A program made the translations under genes and the position numbers. A stretch of 64,000 bases of DNA from Candidatus Latescibacterota bacterium (GTDB taxonomy: Bacteria; Krumholzibacteriota; Krumholzibacteriia; WVZY01; JAKEHA01): positions 1 to 64,000 of the forward strand of contig OY970173.1 of assembly GCA_963707635.1 (NCBI GenBank). The letters are read 5' to 3'. The notes under the pieces are model-generated. The model saw only the letters and a list, made by a program, of their open reading frames with translations, was not told where the DNA came from and made no database searches. Positions 39,426 to 48,649 of the stretch are shown piece after piece (position 1 is the stretch's first letter; every line of letters begins with the position of its first letter).

Positions 39426-41971
39426 AGCTGCGCCGACCTCTTGCGGAAACGGAGCCGGACGATTTCCGCCACGGTGTTGATCGCGAACGTCATGAGGAAG
39501 AGGATCAACGCGGCGAGAAACAGGGTCCGGTAATGGGTGCTGTTGCGAACGGCCTCGGGTAGCTCGACGGCGATGTTCGCCGAGAGGGTGCGGAATCCGT
39601 TGAAGATGTTCATCTCCAGCACGGGCGTGTTGCCCGCCGCCATCAACACGATCATGGTTTCGCCGACGGCGCGGCCCAGCCCGATCATGACCGCGGAGAA
39701 CAGTCCGCTCATCGCCGCCGGGAGCACGATGCGGTGCGCCGTCTGCCACGGAGTCGCGCCGGCGCCCAGCGATGCGGCGCGCAGGTGCTGCGGCACGGCC
39801 GAGAGCGCGTCCTCGGCGATGGTATAAATGATGGGGATGATCGCGAAGCCCATCACGAAGCCCACCACCAGCGCGTTGCGCTGCACGTAGGTGCCCATCA
39901 GGCCGCCGCGCGGGTCCGCGCCGGCCCCCGAGAGCAGACCCGCCGCCAGCGCCGCCAGCCCGACGGTGGCAACACCGCCGATGACGAAACGCGCCAGGTC
40001 CACCAGGGCGATCCGGGCCCGCGTCGATCGCGTCGCCAGGCTGCGGACCGGCTCCGCGGTGAGTCGCGCCACGACCACGATGACCGCAGCCGCGCTGAAC
40101 GGGAGCAGGAGCACGAGCCACCCGCCGAACGGGCCGCCCTGGCGCCCGGCGAGCCACGACATCATGTTGCCGCCGAAGAAGACGCGCTCCATCCACGGGC
40201 CCAGCGCGCCCGCGGCGCCGACGGCCACCGGAAGCACGGCGAGCAACAGCAGCAGGCGATAGCGCGACACACGGCGCGCAGCTTGCGAGGGCAGCAGCTG
40301 CGAGAGATACGCGCACCCGAGCAGCACCGTGGGAATGGTGATGAATCCCGCCATCACCGACGGCACCACGCGCTGCACGAAGGGAGCGATCACCAGCGCG
40401 GCCAAGAATCCGAGCACCACGCTCGGAAGGCTGGCCATCGATTCGATCAGCGTCTTGATCCGCGGGCGCATCGACGGCGAAACGAACTCACTGGTGAAGA
40501 TCGCGCCCAGGAGCGCCAGCGGAACCCCGAACAGCAGCGAATAGAACGTGGCCTTCAGCGTCCCGAAGACGAGGGGCCACAGGCCCAGCTTGGGCTCGAA
40601 GTCGTCGGTTCCCGCCGACGACTGCCACACGTGCTCCGCCCGCGGATAGCCTTCGTACTGCACCGGGCCGAAGAGCGAACGCAGCGTGGCCTCGGGGTGT
40701 TTGAGGTCGAGCGCGTACCCGTGCAAGCGCGAGTCCGTCAGCACGAGCAGGCCGTCGTTCTTGGGCGCAAACGCGACCGCCTCGATCGGCTCGTTCGCGA
40801 GGGTGAAATCGATCACCTTTTTTCCGCTCGTCGCCTGCAGGACGCGCACGCGCCCGCCGCGCTCCCCGGCGATGAAGACGCGCTGGCGTTTGGACGCCGC
40901 CACGGACACGATCGGCGAGCCGTCCCCGCGGTAGCGACGCGAGCAGGCCAGGGCGGAGGAGTCCGCACCCGCAAGCCCGTAGCGAAACCACGTGGCGACA
41001 CTCCCGTCCGAGGCCCCCACGATCACGGTGGACCGGCCGAGGAGCGGCGCCATGGCGGTCACGCGCGTCCCGGGCTCCACCAGTTCGGCTGTCGCGATCA
41101 CCCGCGGCGCCTGCAGATTGCGCACGTCGAGAACCGTCGCCGCCCCCGTGGCGGTCACCGCGTAGACGACCGTCCCACCTTCCGCCAGCAGCACGTGCTC
41201 GATTCGTTCTCCGGATGCGGAAAGCGAGACGGCGCTGCGCTCGACCGAGAGCGAGACCTCGCCGGTGAAGGCGTTCTCTTCGGTGCCGAGGCGCGAGAGT
41301 ATCAGCGAGTCGTTCTCGGCCACGACGGCGAGCACGTAGCTCGATTCGCCGCCGACCACGTCGAGAGCGCGCGCGGGCGAACTCGACAGCGCCGGGGCGA
41401 CTGCCGCGATCGACACCTCGAGGCGCTGGCGCCGGAACGACCCGTCGTCCGTGCGCTGCACGACGCCGTCGCCGTCGGTGAGTACGGCGCCGGTCTCGAG
41501 CGCGCGGGCCGCGTCGGGCAGCGATTCCACCGAGGGAAAGTCGGTCGCGAATCCGATGCGGGCGAGCAGCGCGGTGGCGTCGCGCCGCCCGACGGCGATG
41601 GTGCCGCTCTCGAGGTCGAACGCGGTGGCAGTGATGGAATCGACGGAGACGAGGGGGTGGGCGGCGACGACCTCGCCGGTATCGAGCCGGAACGCGCGCA
41701 CGACGCCGTCTGCCGAGAGGCTCCAGCCGGCGACGCGGTATTCGTCGACCCCGAAATGGAGCACGCGGGTTGCGGCCGGGTTCTCGATGGCCGCCACCGG
41801 CCTGGCGTCACCGGGCGCGAACAGCGGCACCACCACGCTGGCGAGGAACAGAAAAACGGCGGAGACAGCGAAAATGGTGCCGACTCCGCCGATGGCGATA
41901 CACGCCGCGGCGATGCGGTCCGCAGCGCGGACCGTCCATCGCGTTTTCATGCGTCGTGGCGTCTGGGGCAT
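39422..41971 (-). CDS. pstC: Phosphate ABC permease PstC, long form with large beta-rich extracytoplasmic domain
   Basis: WQSSAGTDDFEPK, PLVFGTLKA, ASLPSVVLGF, GRAVGETMIVLMAAGN, ELPEA. Confidence 0.92.
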   Translation of the reverse strand: MPQTPRRMKTRWTVRAADRIAAACIAIGGVGTIFAVSAVFLFLASVVVPLFAPGDARPVAAIENPAATRVLHFGVDEYRVAGWSLSADGVVRAFRLDTGEVVAAHPLVSVDSITATAFDLESGTIAVGRRDATALLARIGFATDFPSVESLPDAARALETGAVLTDGDGVVQRTDDGSFRRQRLEVSIAAVAPALSSSPARALDVVGGESSYVLAVVAENDSLILSRLGTEENAFTGEVSLSVERSAVSLSASGERIEHVLLAEGGTVVYAVTATGAATVLDVRNLQAPRVIATAELVEPGTRVTAMAPLLGRSTVIVGASDGSVATWFRYGLAGADSSALACSRRYRGDGSPIVSVAASKRQRVFIAGERGGRVRVLQATSGKKVIDFTLANEPIEAVAFAPKNDGLLVLTDSRLHGYALDLKHPEATLRSLFGPVQYEGYPRAEHVWQSSAGTDDFEPKLGLWPLVFGTLKATFYSLLFGVPLALLGAIFTSEFVSPSMRPRIKTLIESMASLPSVVLGFLAALVIAPFVQRVVPSVMAGFITIPTVLLGCAYLSQLLPSQAARRVSRYRLLLLLAVLPVAVGAAGALGPWMERVFFGGNMMSWLAGRQGGPFGGWLVLLLPFSAAAVIVVVARLTAEPVRSLATRSTRARIALVDLARFVIGGVATVGLAALAAGLLSGAGADPRGGLMGTYVQRNALVVGFVMGFAIIPIIYTIAEDALSAVPQHLRAASLGAGATPWQTAHRIVLPAAMSGLFSAVMIGLGRAVGETMIVLMAAGNTPVLEMNIFNGFRTLSANIAVELPEAVRNSTHYRTLFLAALILFLMTFAINTVAEIVRLRFRKRSAQL

Positions 41972-41988
41972 CAGTGCCGAACTACCTC

Positions 41989-42011
41989 CGCGGGTCCTGT
42001 CGGCCAACAGC
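41989..42011 (-). repeat. 23-bp intergenic repeat, copy before pstC
   Basis: Identical to 37642-37664. Confidence 0.9.
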
Positions 42012-42106
42012 CCACGGCGGGCTCGCCATTCGCGCCTCCGCACTCGGTGGCTCGCCCTTGTGGGCGCCCGTTGGCCGCCACCCGCGCCTCTGGCCGGGCC
42101 CGAAAG

Positions 42107-43114
42107 TCAATTGCGACTGACGTCCAACCCGAGCTTCGACAGCTCTTCTCCCGCGATCTTCGCGCTCACCGGGTAGTAGCCGTCCTTGATCACGCTCGCC
42201 TGTCCGTCCTGGCTGAAGACGAAGCGGAGGAATTCGCGCCGCAACGGATCGAGCTCCGTGCCCGGCTTCTGGTTCACGTAGATGTAGAGGTAGCGGGCGA
42301 GCGGGTACGTGCCCGTGTACGCGAATTGCGGCGTGGCGGCGACGGCTTCCCCGTCGGCGGTCGCCTTGACCGGCACTGCTCTCACGTCGGCGGTCATATA
42401 GCCGATACCGCTGTAGCCGACGCCGTAGCGATCGCTGGCCACACCCTGGACCACGGACGAGCTGCCGGGCTGCTCCTTGACCGAGTCTTTGTAGTCACCC
42501 TTGAAGAGGGCGTGTTCCTTGAAGTAGCCGTAGGTCCCCGACGCGGAGTTGCGGCCATAGAGACTGATGGGCTTGTCGGCCCATTCTCCCGTCAAGCCGA
42601 GCTGTCCCCAGGTGGTGATGTCTTCTTTGGACCCACCCTTGCGGGTCTTCGAGAAGATGGCGTCGATCTGCTGCAACGAGAGCGACGCGATCGGGTTGTC
42701 CTTGTGCACATACACGGCGAGCATGTCGATCGACGTGCGCAGCCCGAGCGGCTTGTACCCGTACTTGGCCTCGAACTGGTCGATCTCTTCGTTCTTCATC
42801 GTGCGGCTCATGGGGCCGAAGGTGGCGGTGCCCTCGATGAGCGCCGGAGGTGCGGTCGACGATCCCTTGCCCTCGATCTCGACCTGCACGTTGGGGTAGT
42901 GCTTGCGGAAGTCCTCCGCCCACAGCGTCATCAGATTGTTCATCGTGTCCGAGCCCACACTCTTGATGGTGCCCGACACGCCGGAGCTCGGTTTGTACGG
43001 CGGAATCTGTTCGCCGACCTGGACGCCGGCTGCCAAGGCCAGGCCGGCAAGGGTCACAAGTGCCAGCGCGCCGATCGCCAGCGCAGCGGTAAGAAGCAAG
43101 GGCTTACGATTCAT
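42107..43114 (-). CDS. pstS: Phosphate-binding protein PstS
   Basis: Signal peptide; SVGSDTM, GKGSSTAPPAL, GPMSR, GRNSASGTYGYF, YPLARYLYIY. Confidence 0.96.
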   Translation of the reverse strand: MNRKPLLLTAALAIGALALVTLAGLALAAGVQVGEQIPPYKPSSGVSGTIKSVGSDTMNNLMTLWAEDFRKHYPNVQVEIEGKGSSTAPPALIEGTATFGPMSRTMKNEEIDQFEAKYGYKPLGLRTSIDMLAVYVHKDNPIASLSLQQIDAIFSKTRKGGSKEDITTWGQLGLTGEWADKPISLYGRNSASGTYGYFKEHALFKGDYKDSVKEQPGSSSVVQGVASDRYGVGYSGIGYMTADVRAVPVKATADGEAVAATPQFAYTGTYPLARYLYIYVNQKPGTELDPLRREFLRFVFSQDGQASVIKDGYYPVSAKIAGEELSKLGLDVSRN

Positions 43115-43178
43115 GTAGAGAATCCCTCCTCAAACGGGACAACTTCGCTTGATCCGAACCATTTCAAGTGCCGGGCGA

Positions 43179-43222
43179 AGGATACGGAGGGTGCGTAAAG
43201 GTACCATAAAGGGTTGCTAAAG
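43179..43222 (-). promoter_or_regulatory. Pho-box-like promoter of pstS
   Basis: Plus-strand TAAAG at 43196, 43207, 43218 (minus CTTTA x3, 11-bp period), then 10 nt, then TATCCT. Confidence 0.78.
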
Positions 43223-43283
43223 ATTCGTGCCGGCCACAATCTGGGCCACAACGTGAACTCCGATAACGAATTGCGTGGGCGAG

Positions 43284-44498
43284 CTAGGGGGTCGAGCGGG
43301 CAAGTTGCTGCGCCCGTCGGATCAGCACCTGGGCGCGTTCGGCGTACTCTTCATCGGCGGCGGCGATCGCGAGATGGGACAGCGCATCCCCGACTCGATT
43401 CAGCTCGAGAGCGCAGTAGCCCATCATCAGGTGGGGACGGGTCTGCCCCGGATCCAGGCGCGACGCTTCCTCGAACGCCTGATACGCCGGGTCGAACCGG
43501 TCCTCCATCACGTGCAGGTCTCCGAGCAGCGACCACAGCCGGAAGGTCGGCTCCCGCTTGATGCCGCGCTCGAGCACGTCGAGGGCCGCGTCGGGCTGAT
43601 ACGAGGCGAGATACGCGGACGCCATGCGCTCGATCTCGCGTGGCCCCGCCGTGTCCGACAACGCGGTGGCGTAGCAGTCGGCGGCCGCCGCCGGCGCCTC
43701 GATCGCCGAGTAGAGGTCACCGAGCTGGACCTCCTCTTGAGGCGTGAGCGGGCGCAGGTAACCGGTCATGGTCAGCGCCACCGCGGCCTGGTGGTAGTCG
43801 CTGACACTCGCATAGTACTGAAAGGCGAGGTACCAGGCGTCCGCCAGGGAAGAAAACCGATCCAGCATCGACGTGACCGCGCGCTGTCCGCGCTCCTTGT
43901 CCTCCGCCTGCAGGCACGCGCTCACCAGGCCCCGAAACCACTCGAATTTGGGCTCGCCGACCTTGCCACCCGTGAGATCTTCGAGCAGCGGCAGCGCGCC
44001 GGCGGCGTCGCCCGACTGGACCCGCGCAACCGCGGCGTAGTAGAGCACGTCGGGGCGCTTCTCATCCATGCGCTGGTAGCCGGTCTGCAGCGCCTCCGCC
44101 GCTCGCTTGTAATTGCCGAGCCCGTACGCCGTCTCTCCCACTCCGATCCAACCCGGCGCGTAGCGGGGCTCGAGCGCCACCGTCCGTTCGTACTGTGCCA
44201 GCGCTTCGTCGCGACGGTCCGCCTGCAGGAGAATTCCGGCCAGCTGGTAGTGCATGAGGTAACTGTCATCCTTCTTCTCGTGGTCGCGCACGTATTTCGC
44301 GACGTCGTCCACCGCCTTGTCGATCTCCCCTTTTTCGAGGTGTTGCTGCGCGTTGAACAACGCGAGGCGCGCGTCGCGCGGGAGCGTTTCCATGGTCTGC
44401 ATGGGCGGCTGCTCCTCGGCAGAGCGCGCCGGACCCGCGGCGAGCATCGCCGCCGACGCGAAGAGCACGAGCACGACTGTATTGAGCGGGTGTTTCAT
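43284..44498 (-). CDS. Exported TPR-repeat protein of the TonB operon
   Basis: Signal peptide; TPR-like helices (ALAQYERTVALEPRYAPGWIGVG). Confidence 0.82.
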   Translation of the reverse strand: MKHPLNTVVLVLFASAAMLAAGPARSAEEQPPMQTMETLPRDARLALFNAQQHLEKGEIDKAVDDVAKYVRDHEKKDDSYLMHYQLAGILLQADRRDEALAQYERTVALEPRYAPGWIGVGETAYGLGNYKRAAEALQTGYQRMDEKRPDVLYYAAVARVQSGDAAGALPLLEDLTGGKVGEPKFEWFRGLVSACLQAEDKERGQRAVTSMLDRFSSLADAWYLAFQYYASVSDYHQAAVALTMTGYLRPLTPQEEVQLGDLYSAIEAPAAAADCYATALSDTAGPREIERMASAYLASYQPDAALDVLERGIKREPTFRLWSLLGDLHVMEDRFDPAYQAFEEASRLDPGQTRPHLMMGYCALELNRVGDALSHLAIAAADEEYAERAQVLIRRAQQLARSTP

Positions 44499-44499
44499 C

Positions 44500-45132
44500 T
44501 CAGTTCAACTTGAAGTGAAGGGCGGTGACCACCCACGATGCGACCTTCTTGCCCTGGATGACGCCCGGCTCGAACTTCCAATTGGGGACGGAGGCGAGGA
44601 CCGCCTCTTCGAAGGTGTCCTTGGGACGCGCGTCGATGATGAGCACTTCGCCCACGGTTCCATCCTCGCGCACCAGGATTTTCACCTGCACGACTCCCTC
44701 GACGCCCTGCTCGCGGGCCCGAAACGGGTACATCGGCGCGGTCTTCACGATCGCGCGCGCCGGCGTGTCGAGCTCAAACGTCTCCCACACCAATTCCTGC
44801 TTCAAGTCGGAGTTGGCGCCGCCGGAGAGGTCGATCGCGATGGCGCCCTCCCCACCGAGACCCCCGAGGTCGCCGCCGAAATCGGGTTGGAACAGGTCGG
44901 GGCCGAGATCGGGCTTGGCCTCTTCGCGCCTGGGCGGTTCCGGCTCGAGCGCCTTCTCTTCCGCCGGCGGCGCTTCCTGGGGGGCGCTCAGCACCACCAG
45001 CTGTGTCGGCGCTGTAATGTCCTGCTTCTTGCTCTCCGCCTCACTGGATAGCAGAACCGCGGCGGTAAGCAGCAGCGTGTTCGCGGCCAGGGCGAACGCA
45101 AACGCCGGGGGCAACCACTTCGGAAGCCGCAC
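44500..45132 (-). CDS. tonB: Energy transducer TonB
   Basis: N-terminal TM, Pro/Glu-rich linker, PMYPFRAREQGVEGVV, WKFEPG. Confidence 0.9.
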   Translation of the reverse strand: MRLPKWLPPAFAFALAANTLLLTAAVLLSSEAESKKQDITAPTQLVVLSAPQEAPPAEEKALEPEPPRREEAKPDLGPDLFQPDFGGDLGGLGGEGAIAIDLSGGANSDLKQELVWETFELDTPARAIVKTAPMYPFRAREQGVEGVVQVKILVREDGTVGEVLIIDARPKDTFEEAVLASVPNWKFEPGVIQGKKVASWVVTALHFKLN

Positions 45133-45135
45133 GGT

Positions 45136-45552
45136 CTACGACTCCCACTCCCGCCGCGCGGCGAGGCTTACATTCTTCGCACCCGCGAGCCGGCACTGGT
45201 CCATCAGACGGACGACGTCGCTGGTCTTGCTGTCCTTGTCTGCGATCACCACCACGCCCGCCTTGGGGTCTTCAGCCAGCGCACGCTCGATGAGGCCGCG
45301 CACACGGCGCACGTCGACGCGCTTGCCATCGATGTAGATTTCCCCGTCGGCGGAAAGACCGATCATCATACTGCCGTGATCCTTGACCTCGGCGGTGGCG
45401 GCGGTGGAACGCTGCACGTCGACACCCGTCTCTTTCACGAACGAGGTGGTGGCCACGAAGAAGATCAGCAGCACCATCATGACGTCGACCAGGTTGATGA
45501 CGTCGATGTGGAACTGTTCATTCCCGCGTATGGTCCTGCGAACGTTGATCAT
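45136..45552 (-). CDS. exbD: ExbD/TolR-family protein
   Basis: NLVDVMMVLLIFFVATTSF, VVVIADKDS, VVRLMDQCRLAG. Confidence 0.92.
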   Translation of the reverse strand: MINVRRTIRGNEQFHIDVINLVDVMMVLLIFFVATTSFVKETGVDVQRSTAATAEVKDHGSMMIGLSADGEIYIDGKRVDVRRVRGLIERALAEDPKAGVVVIADKDSKTSDVVRLMDQCRLAGAKNVSLAARREWES

Positions 45553-45570
45553 CGAGATTCCTTTCTGCGG

Positions 45571-46164
45571 TCAGCGAAGATGATGCTCGAGCAGCAGCGT
45601 GGTCTGGTCGAGCCGATGCACGATCTTGCTGGCGCGGCGCCCCAGCGCGACGCTCATCAGGAGCCCGGGGATCGCGACCAGGAGCCCGGCCTCGGTCGCC
45701 ACCAGCGCCTCGGAGATTCCCCCCGCCAGCGGTCGCGCGTTGCCGGTGCCCACTTCCGCGATCACCGTGAAGGTCGTGATCATCCCGCTCACGGTCCCCA
45801 GCAGTCCCAGCAGCGGGGCGATCGAACCCAGCACGGCGATCACGGCGAGGTTGCGCTCGATCATCGGCCGCAAGGTCATGGCACTCTCCCGCAGGATGCG
45901 CTTGTCCAGCGCCGCGTCGCCCGTGCGCTTGCGCACGAAGTTGCGCACCAGCGTGGCGCGGATTCCATCGCCGAAGTGGTTCACGGGCGCGCCCTCCACC
46001 GCGTGCAGCGCGTCCTGGATTTCCAGGTCACGGTTGGTCAGGCGGCGAAAGGTCATCAGTCGCTCGCCGATCAAGGTCCACATCAGGAGCGAGGTGGACG
46101 CGACCGGGATCATCACCCAGCCGCCCGTCTTCACGAATTCAAGCAGTCGCCACCCGAGATCCAC
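45571..46164 (-). CDS. exbB: MotA/TolQ/ExbB proton channel protein
   Basis: GGWVMIP, APLLGLLGTVSGMI, GISEALVATEAGL. Confidence 0.92.
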   Translation of the reverse strand: MDLGWRLLEFVKTGGWVMIPVASTSLLMWTLIGERLMTFRRLTNRDLEIQDALHAVEGAPVNHFGDGIRATLVRNFVRKRTGDAALDKRILRESAMTLRPMIERNLAVIAVLGSIAPLLGLLGTVSGMITTFTVIAEVGTGNARPLAGGISEALVATEAGLLVAIPGLLMSVALGRRASKIVHRLDQTTLLLEHHLR

Positions 46165-47548
46165 GACGCTGCTCCTTTTGAATGGTGTTGCTCAACGCGA
46201 CCGCCTTCTCTTCCATATCGCTCACGACATTGCTCACGCGCCGCGCGAGCAAAGTGTGAATCAGCATGGTCGGGACGGCGACGCACAGGCCCCACTTGGT
46301 CGCGATCAGGGCCTCGCTGATGCCGCTCGACATGAGCTTGGGGTCGCCGGTGCCGTAGAGCGTGATGACTTTGAAGGTGGTGATCATGCCCGTCACCGTT
46401 CCCAGCAGACCCAAAAGCGGCGCGATCGCGCCGAGGACCGCCATCACCGAGATCCCTCTCTCGAGGCGCGGCATTTCCTTCAAGATCGACTCCTGCAGGA
46501 CGCTCTCGAGCGTTTCGCGGTCGTCCCGGCGCGCGCCGATGCCGGCGCGCAGCACATTCACGACCGGCCAGTTGTGGGTCTTGTGCGAGCTCATCATCTC
46601 GTCGACGCCGGCCCAGTCGCCTTTCTCCGCCAGCGTGTTGACCCCCCCCATGATCACCGTCGTATCGCCGTGCACGCGCCGGAGATAGACGAGCTTGTAG
46701 GCGGTAAAGAAGATCACCACCAGGCCGACCAGGGCGATCGGAAACATGATGGGTCCCCCGCCGCGGAACTCATCGATCATGCTCAGGTGCTTCCCGACTT
46801 TAATGAGCGACTCGCCACTCGCGGGATCGAACGGCACGATGTCCGACTTGCCGTCGAAGTACTTCTTCATCGCCTTCGCCATCTTCCTGGGCGGCGGCGT
46901 GGTCAGCGCGAACAGCTTGCCGTTCGAGTAGGTCAGAAACCCGGTCTCTTTCCCCTCCCGGTACATGGCGGTGAATTTCCCCAGCGTGAGCAGGTCGCCT
47001 CTGTGGTTTTCGCCGTCGAGACCGACGTAGGCGCCCGGCTGGAGCACGACCTGACCCGAGCGCTTCATCTCGTCGAGCAGGATCGTGATCATTCCGCTGA
47101 TGTCGTCGATGTCCGCGAAGTACCCCTCCGACAGGATGGGCTCGATCTTCTCCAGCCGCTCCGGGTACAGCGCGGTGAGCTGCGACTGGTTCAGGAGCGC
47201 CTCGATGTCCTTGGCCGTGATCCGCACGTTGCCCGAGATCTCGCGGAACTCGACTTCCCGGGTCGTCCACTTGTCGTTGAGCACCTCGTGACGCGCGCGG
47301 CCGGTCTCCTTGCGCTGCAGCAGCGACTTGATGTCGACTTCGAGCTGCTTCTTCTGCGCCTCGAGTCCCTCGACCTGCGCCAGGAGCGCCGCGCGGTCGT
47401 TCATGATCTTGGATTCGACCTCCGCTGCCCGCTGCAGCGCGGCCTGCTGCTCGGCTTCCGCCTTGCGCGCCGCCTCGCGCATGTCCTGCGCGGCGGCGGT
47501 CATGGGAATCGTCAGTGCGAGCGCGACGGCCACCAACAGTTTCTTCAT
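46139..47548 (-). CDS. Long ExbB-family protein with periplasmic coiled coil (TtpC-like)
   Basis: Signal peptide, coiled coil, VPFDPASG, GGPIMFPI, APLLGLLGTVTGMI, GDPKLMSSGISEAL. Confidence 0.88.
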   Translation of the reverse strand: MKKLLVAVALALTIPMTAAAQDMREAARKAEAEQQAALQRAAEVESKIMNDRAALLAQVEGLEAQKKQLEVDIKSLLQRKETGRARHEVLNDKWTTREVEFREISGNVRITAKDIEALLNQSQLTALYPERLEKIEPILSEGYFADIDDISGMITILLDEMKRSGQVVLQPGAYVGLDGENHRGDLLTLGKFTAMYREGKETGFLTYSNGKLFALTTPPPRKMAKAMKKYFDGKSDIVPFDPASGESLIKVGKHLSMIDEFRGGGPIMFPIALVGLVVIFFTAYKLVYLRRVHGDTTVIMGGVNTLAEKGDWAGVDEMMSSHKTHNWPVVNVLRAGIGARRDDRETLESVLQESILKEMPRLERGISVMAVLGAIAPLLGLLGTVTGMITTFKVITLYGTGDPKLMSSGISEALIATKWGLCVAVPTMLIHTLLARRVSNVVSDMEEKAVALSNTIQKEQRRGSRVATA

Positions 47549-48321
47549 GGCTCGATCCTCCCCAGCGGCAGCAGAACGACTTCGGTGGAACGAAGCCGCA
47601 AGGCCATTTCGCGCGTCTCGTTGATGACCCGCACGTACTGCTCGCCCAGCGGGACCCACTGGTGTTGCGCGCGGTCGTACTCGCCGACCCGCTTGCCGTC
47701 GGGCGTGCGCCAGAAGACCGACAGGCGGCCGACCCGGACCATGTCGGCGTACACTTCCTCGTCGCCCACCGTGATCTTCTCCTGGTACACCTCCACCAGG
47801 TTTCCGTAGTTCGCCTCCACCTGGAGCGCCTCCAGCACGCGGCGGAGCTTTTCGGCGCCGGTGACGCCCGGTTTCGCGATCACTTCCTTGACGGAGGCGA
47901 TGCGCGCGTTCCGTTCTTCCATCAGGAACGGCAGGTCTTCGGCCACGAAGGCCTCCAGGCGTTCGACCACGGTCTGCAGAGTGTCCTCGAGCGAATCGTT
48001 GAGGCGCACCGACTCGACCATGCGCCGCTCCAGTTCCGCGATGCTCTGGTCGAGAGTCTGCACGTCCTCTTCCTCGATCGCCTTGCGCTTCTCGAGGTAG
48101 TCGACGTTCGCCTTCGCGGCCCGATAGCGAGCGGTGAGCTCCGTCTGCTCGCGGGCCCAGTCGTTCTGCTTCTTCTGAATGTCCTGATGCGTTCTCAATG
48201 TCTTGTCGACCGTTTCGCTGACCTGCTTCGCGTCCTGCGCTAGCGGCGCGGAAACGGAGATCGTGAGGACGATCACCGGCGCGAACGCGAAGAGCGCCGC
48301 GGTCCATTTCCTCATGGCCAT
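47545..48321 (-). CDS. DUF3450-like exported coiled-coil protein
   Basis: RBS, signal peptide; DLPFLMEERNAR, EKLRRVLEALQVEANYG, RVGRLSVFWRT. Confidence 0.85.
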   Translation of the reverse strand: MAMRKWTAALFAFAPVIVLTISVSAPLAQDAKQVSETVDKTLRTHQDIQKKQNDWAREQTELTARYRAAKANVDYLEKRKAIEEEDVQTLDQSIAELERRMVESVRLNDSLEDTLQTVVERLEAFVAEDLPFLMEERNARIASVKEVIAKPGVTGAEKLRRVLEALQVEANYGNLVEVYQEKITVGDEEVYADMVRVGRLSVFWRTPDGKRVGEYDRAQHQWVPLGEQYVRVINETREMALRLRSTEVVLLPLGRIEP

Positions 48322-48423
48322 GTTTCTCCTGTCGTGCGTACGAGGCAATCGATCGGTGGATTCGGCCGCACGGCCGCCCCACGGGGATGTGGAGCGTCGT
48401 AAGACCGAACCAGGGTCACGGTC

Positions 48424-48478
48424 AGATTAGGTTCGCGGGATAAAAACTCTATAAACGACTCGTGAATCCCCGGTGAAA
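48424..48478 (-). promoter_or_regulatory. Pho-box-like promoter of the DUF3450-exbB-exbB-exbD-tonB-TPR operon
   Basis: Minus-strand TTCAC, TTCAC, TTTAT, TTTAT at 11-bp period (plus 48473, 48462, 48451, 48440), then 10 nt, then TAATCT. Confidence 0.75.
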
Positions 48479-48496
48479 GGACTCCCACGCCCATTT

Positions 48497-48539
48497 TTCA
48501 TTAGCGCTTCACGGCGGGTTCACACGCGCTCCCTACACT
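48497..48539 (+). promoter_or_regulatory. Pho-box-like promoter of the TonB-dependent receptor
   Basis: TTCAT 48497, TTCAC 48508, TTCAC 48519, then 10 nt, then TACACT 48534-48539. Confidence 0.75.
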
Positions 48540-48649
48540 TCCGGCGTCGTGCGTGGTGAAACCGGTTCACCGCATACGCACGCCGCGCTCGACACACCGT
48601 GGTTCGGCGGTGCCGGGCGGGACGATCAGGAGACACTTTTAGGAGGGAC

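Noticed and set aside
39734..43198. Very long plus-strand ORF (1154 aa) and similar antisense ORFs such as 12793-15696, 45599-47809 and 60276-62528
   Set aside because: They lie opposite well-supported genes, have no recognisable motifs, and are expected shadows of high-GC codon usage
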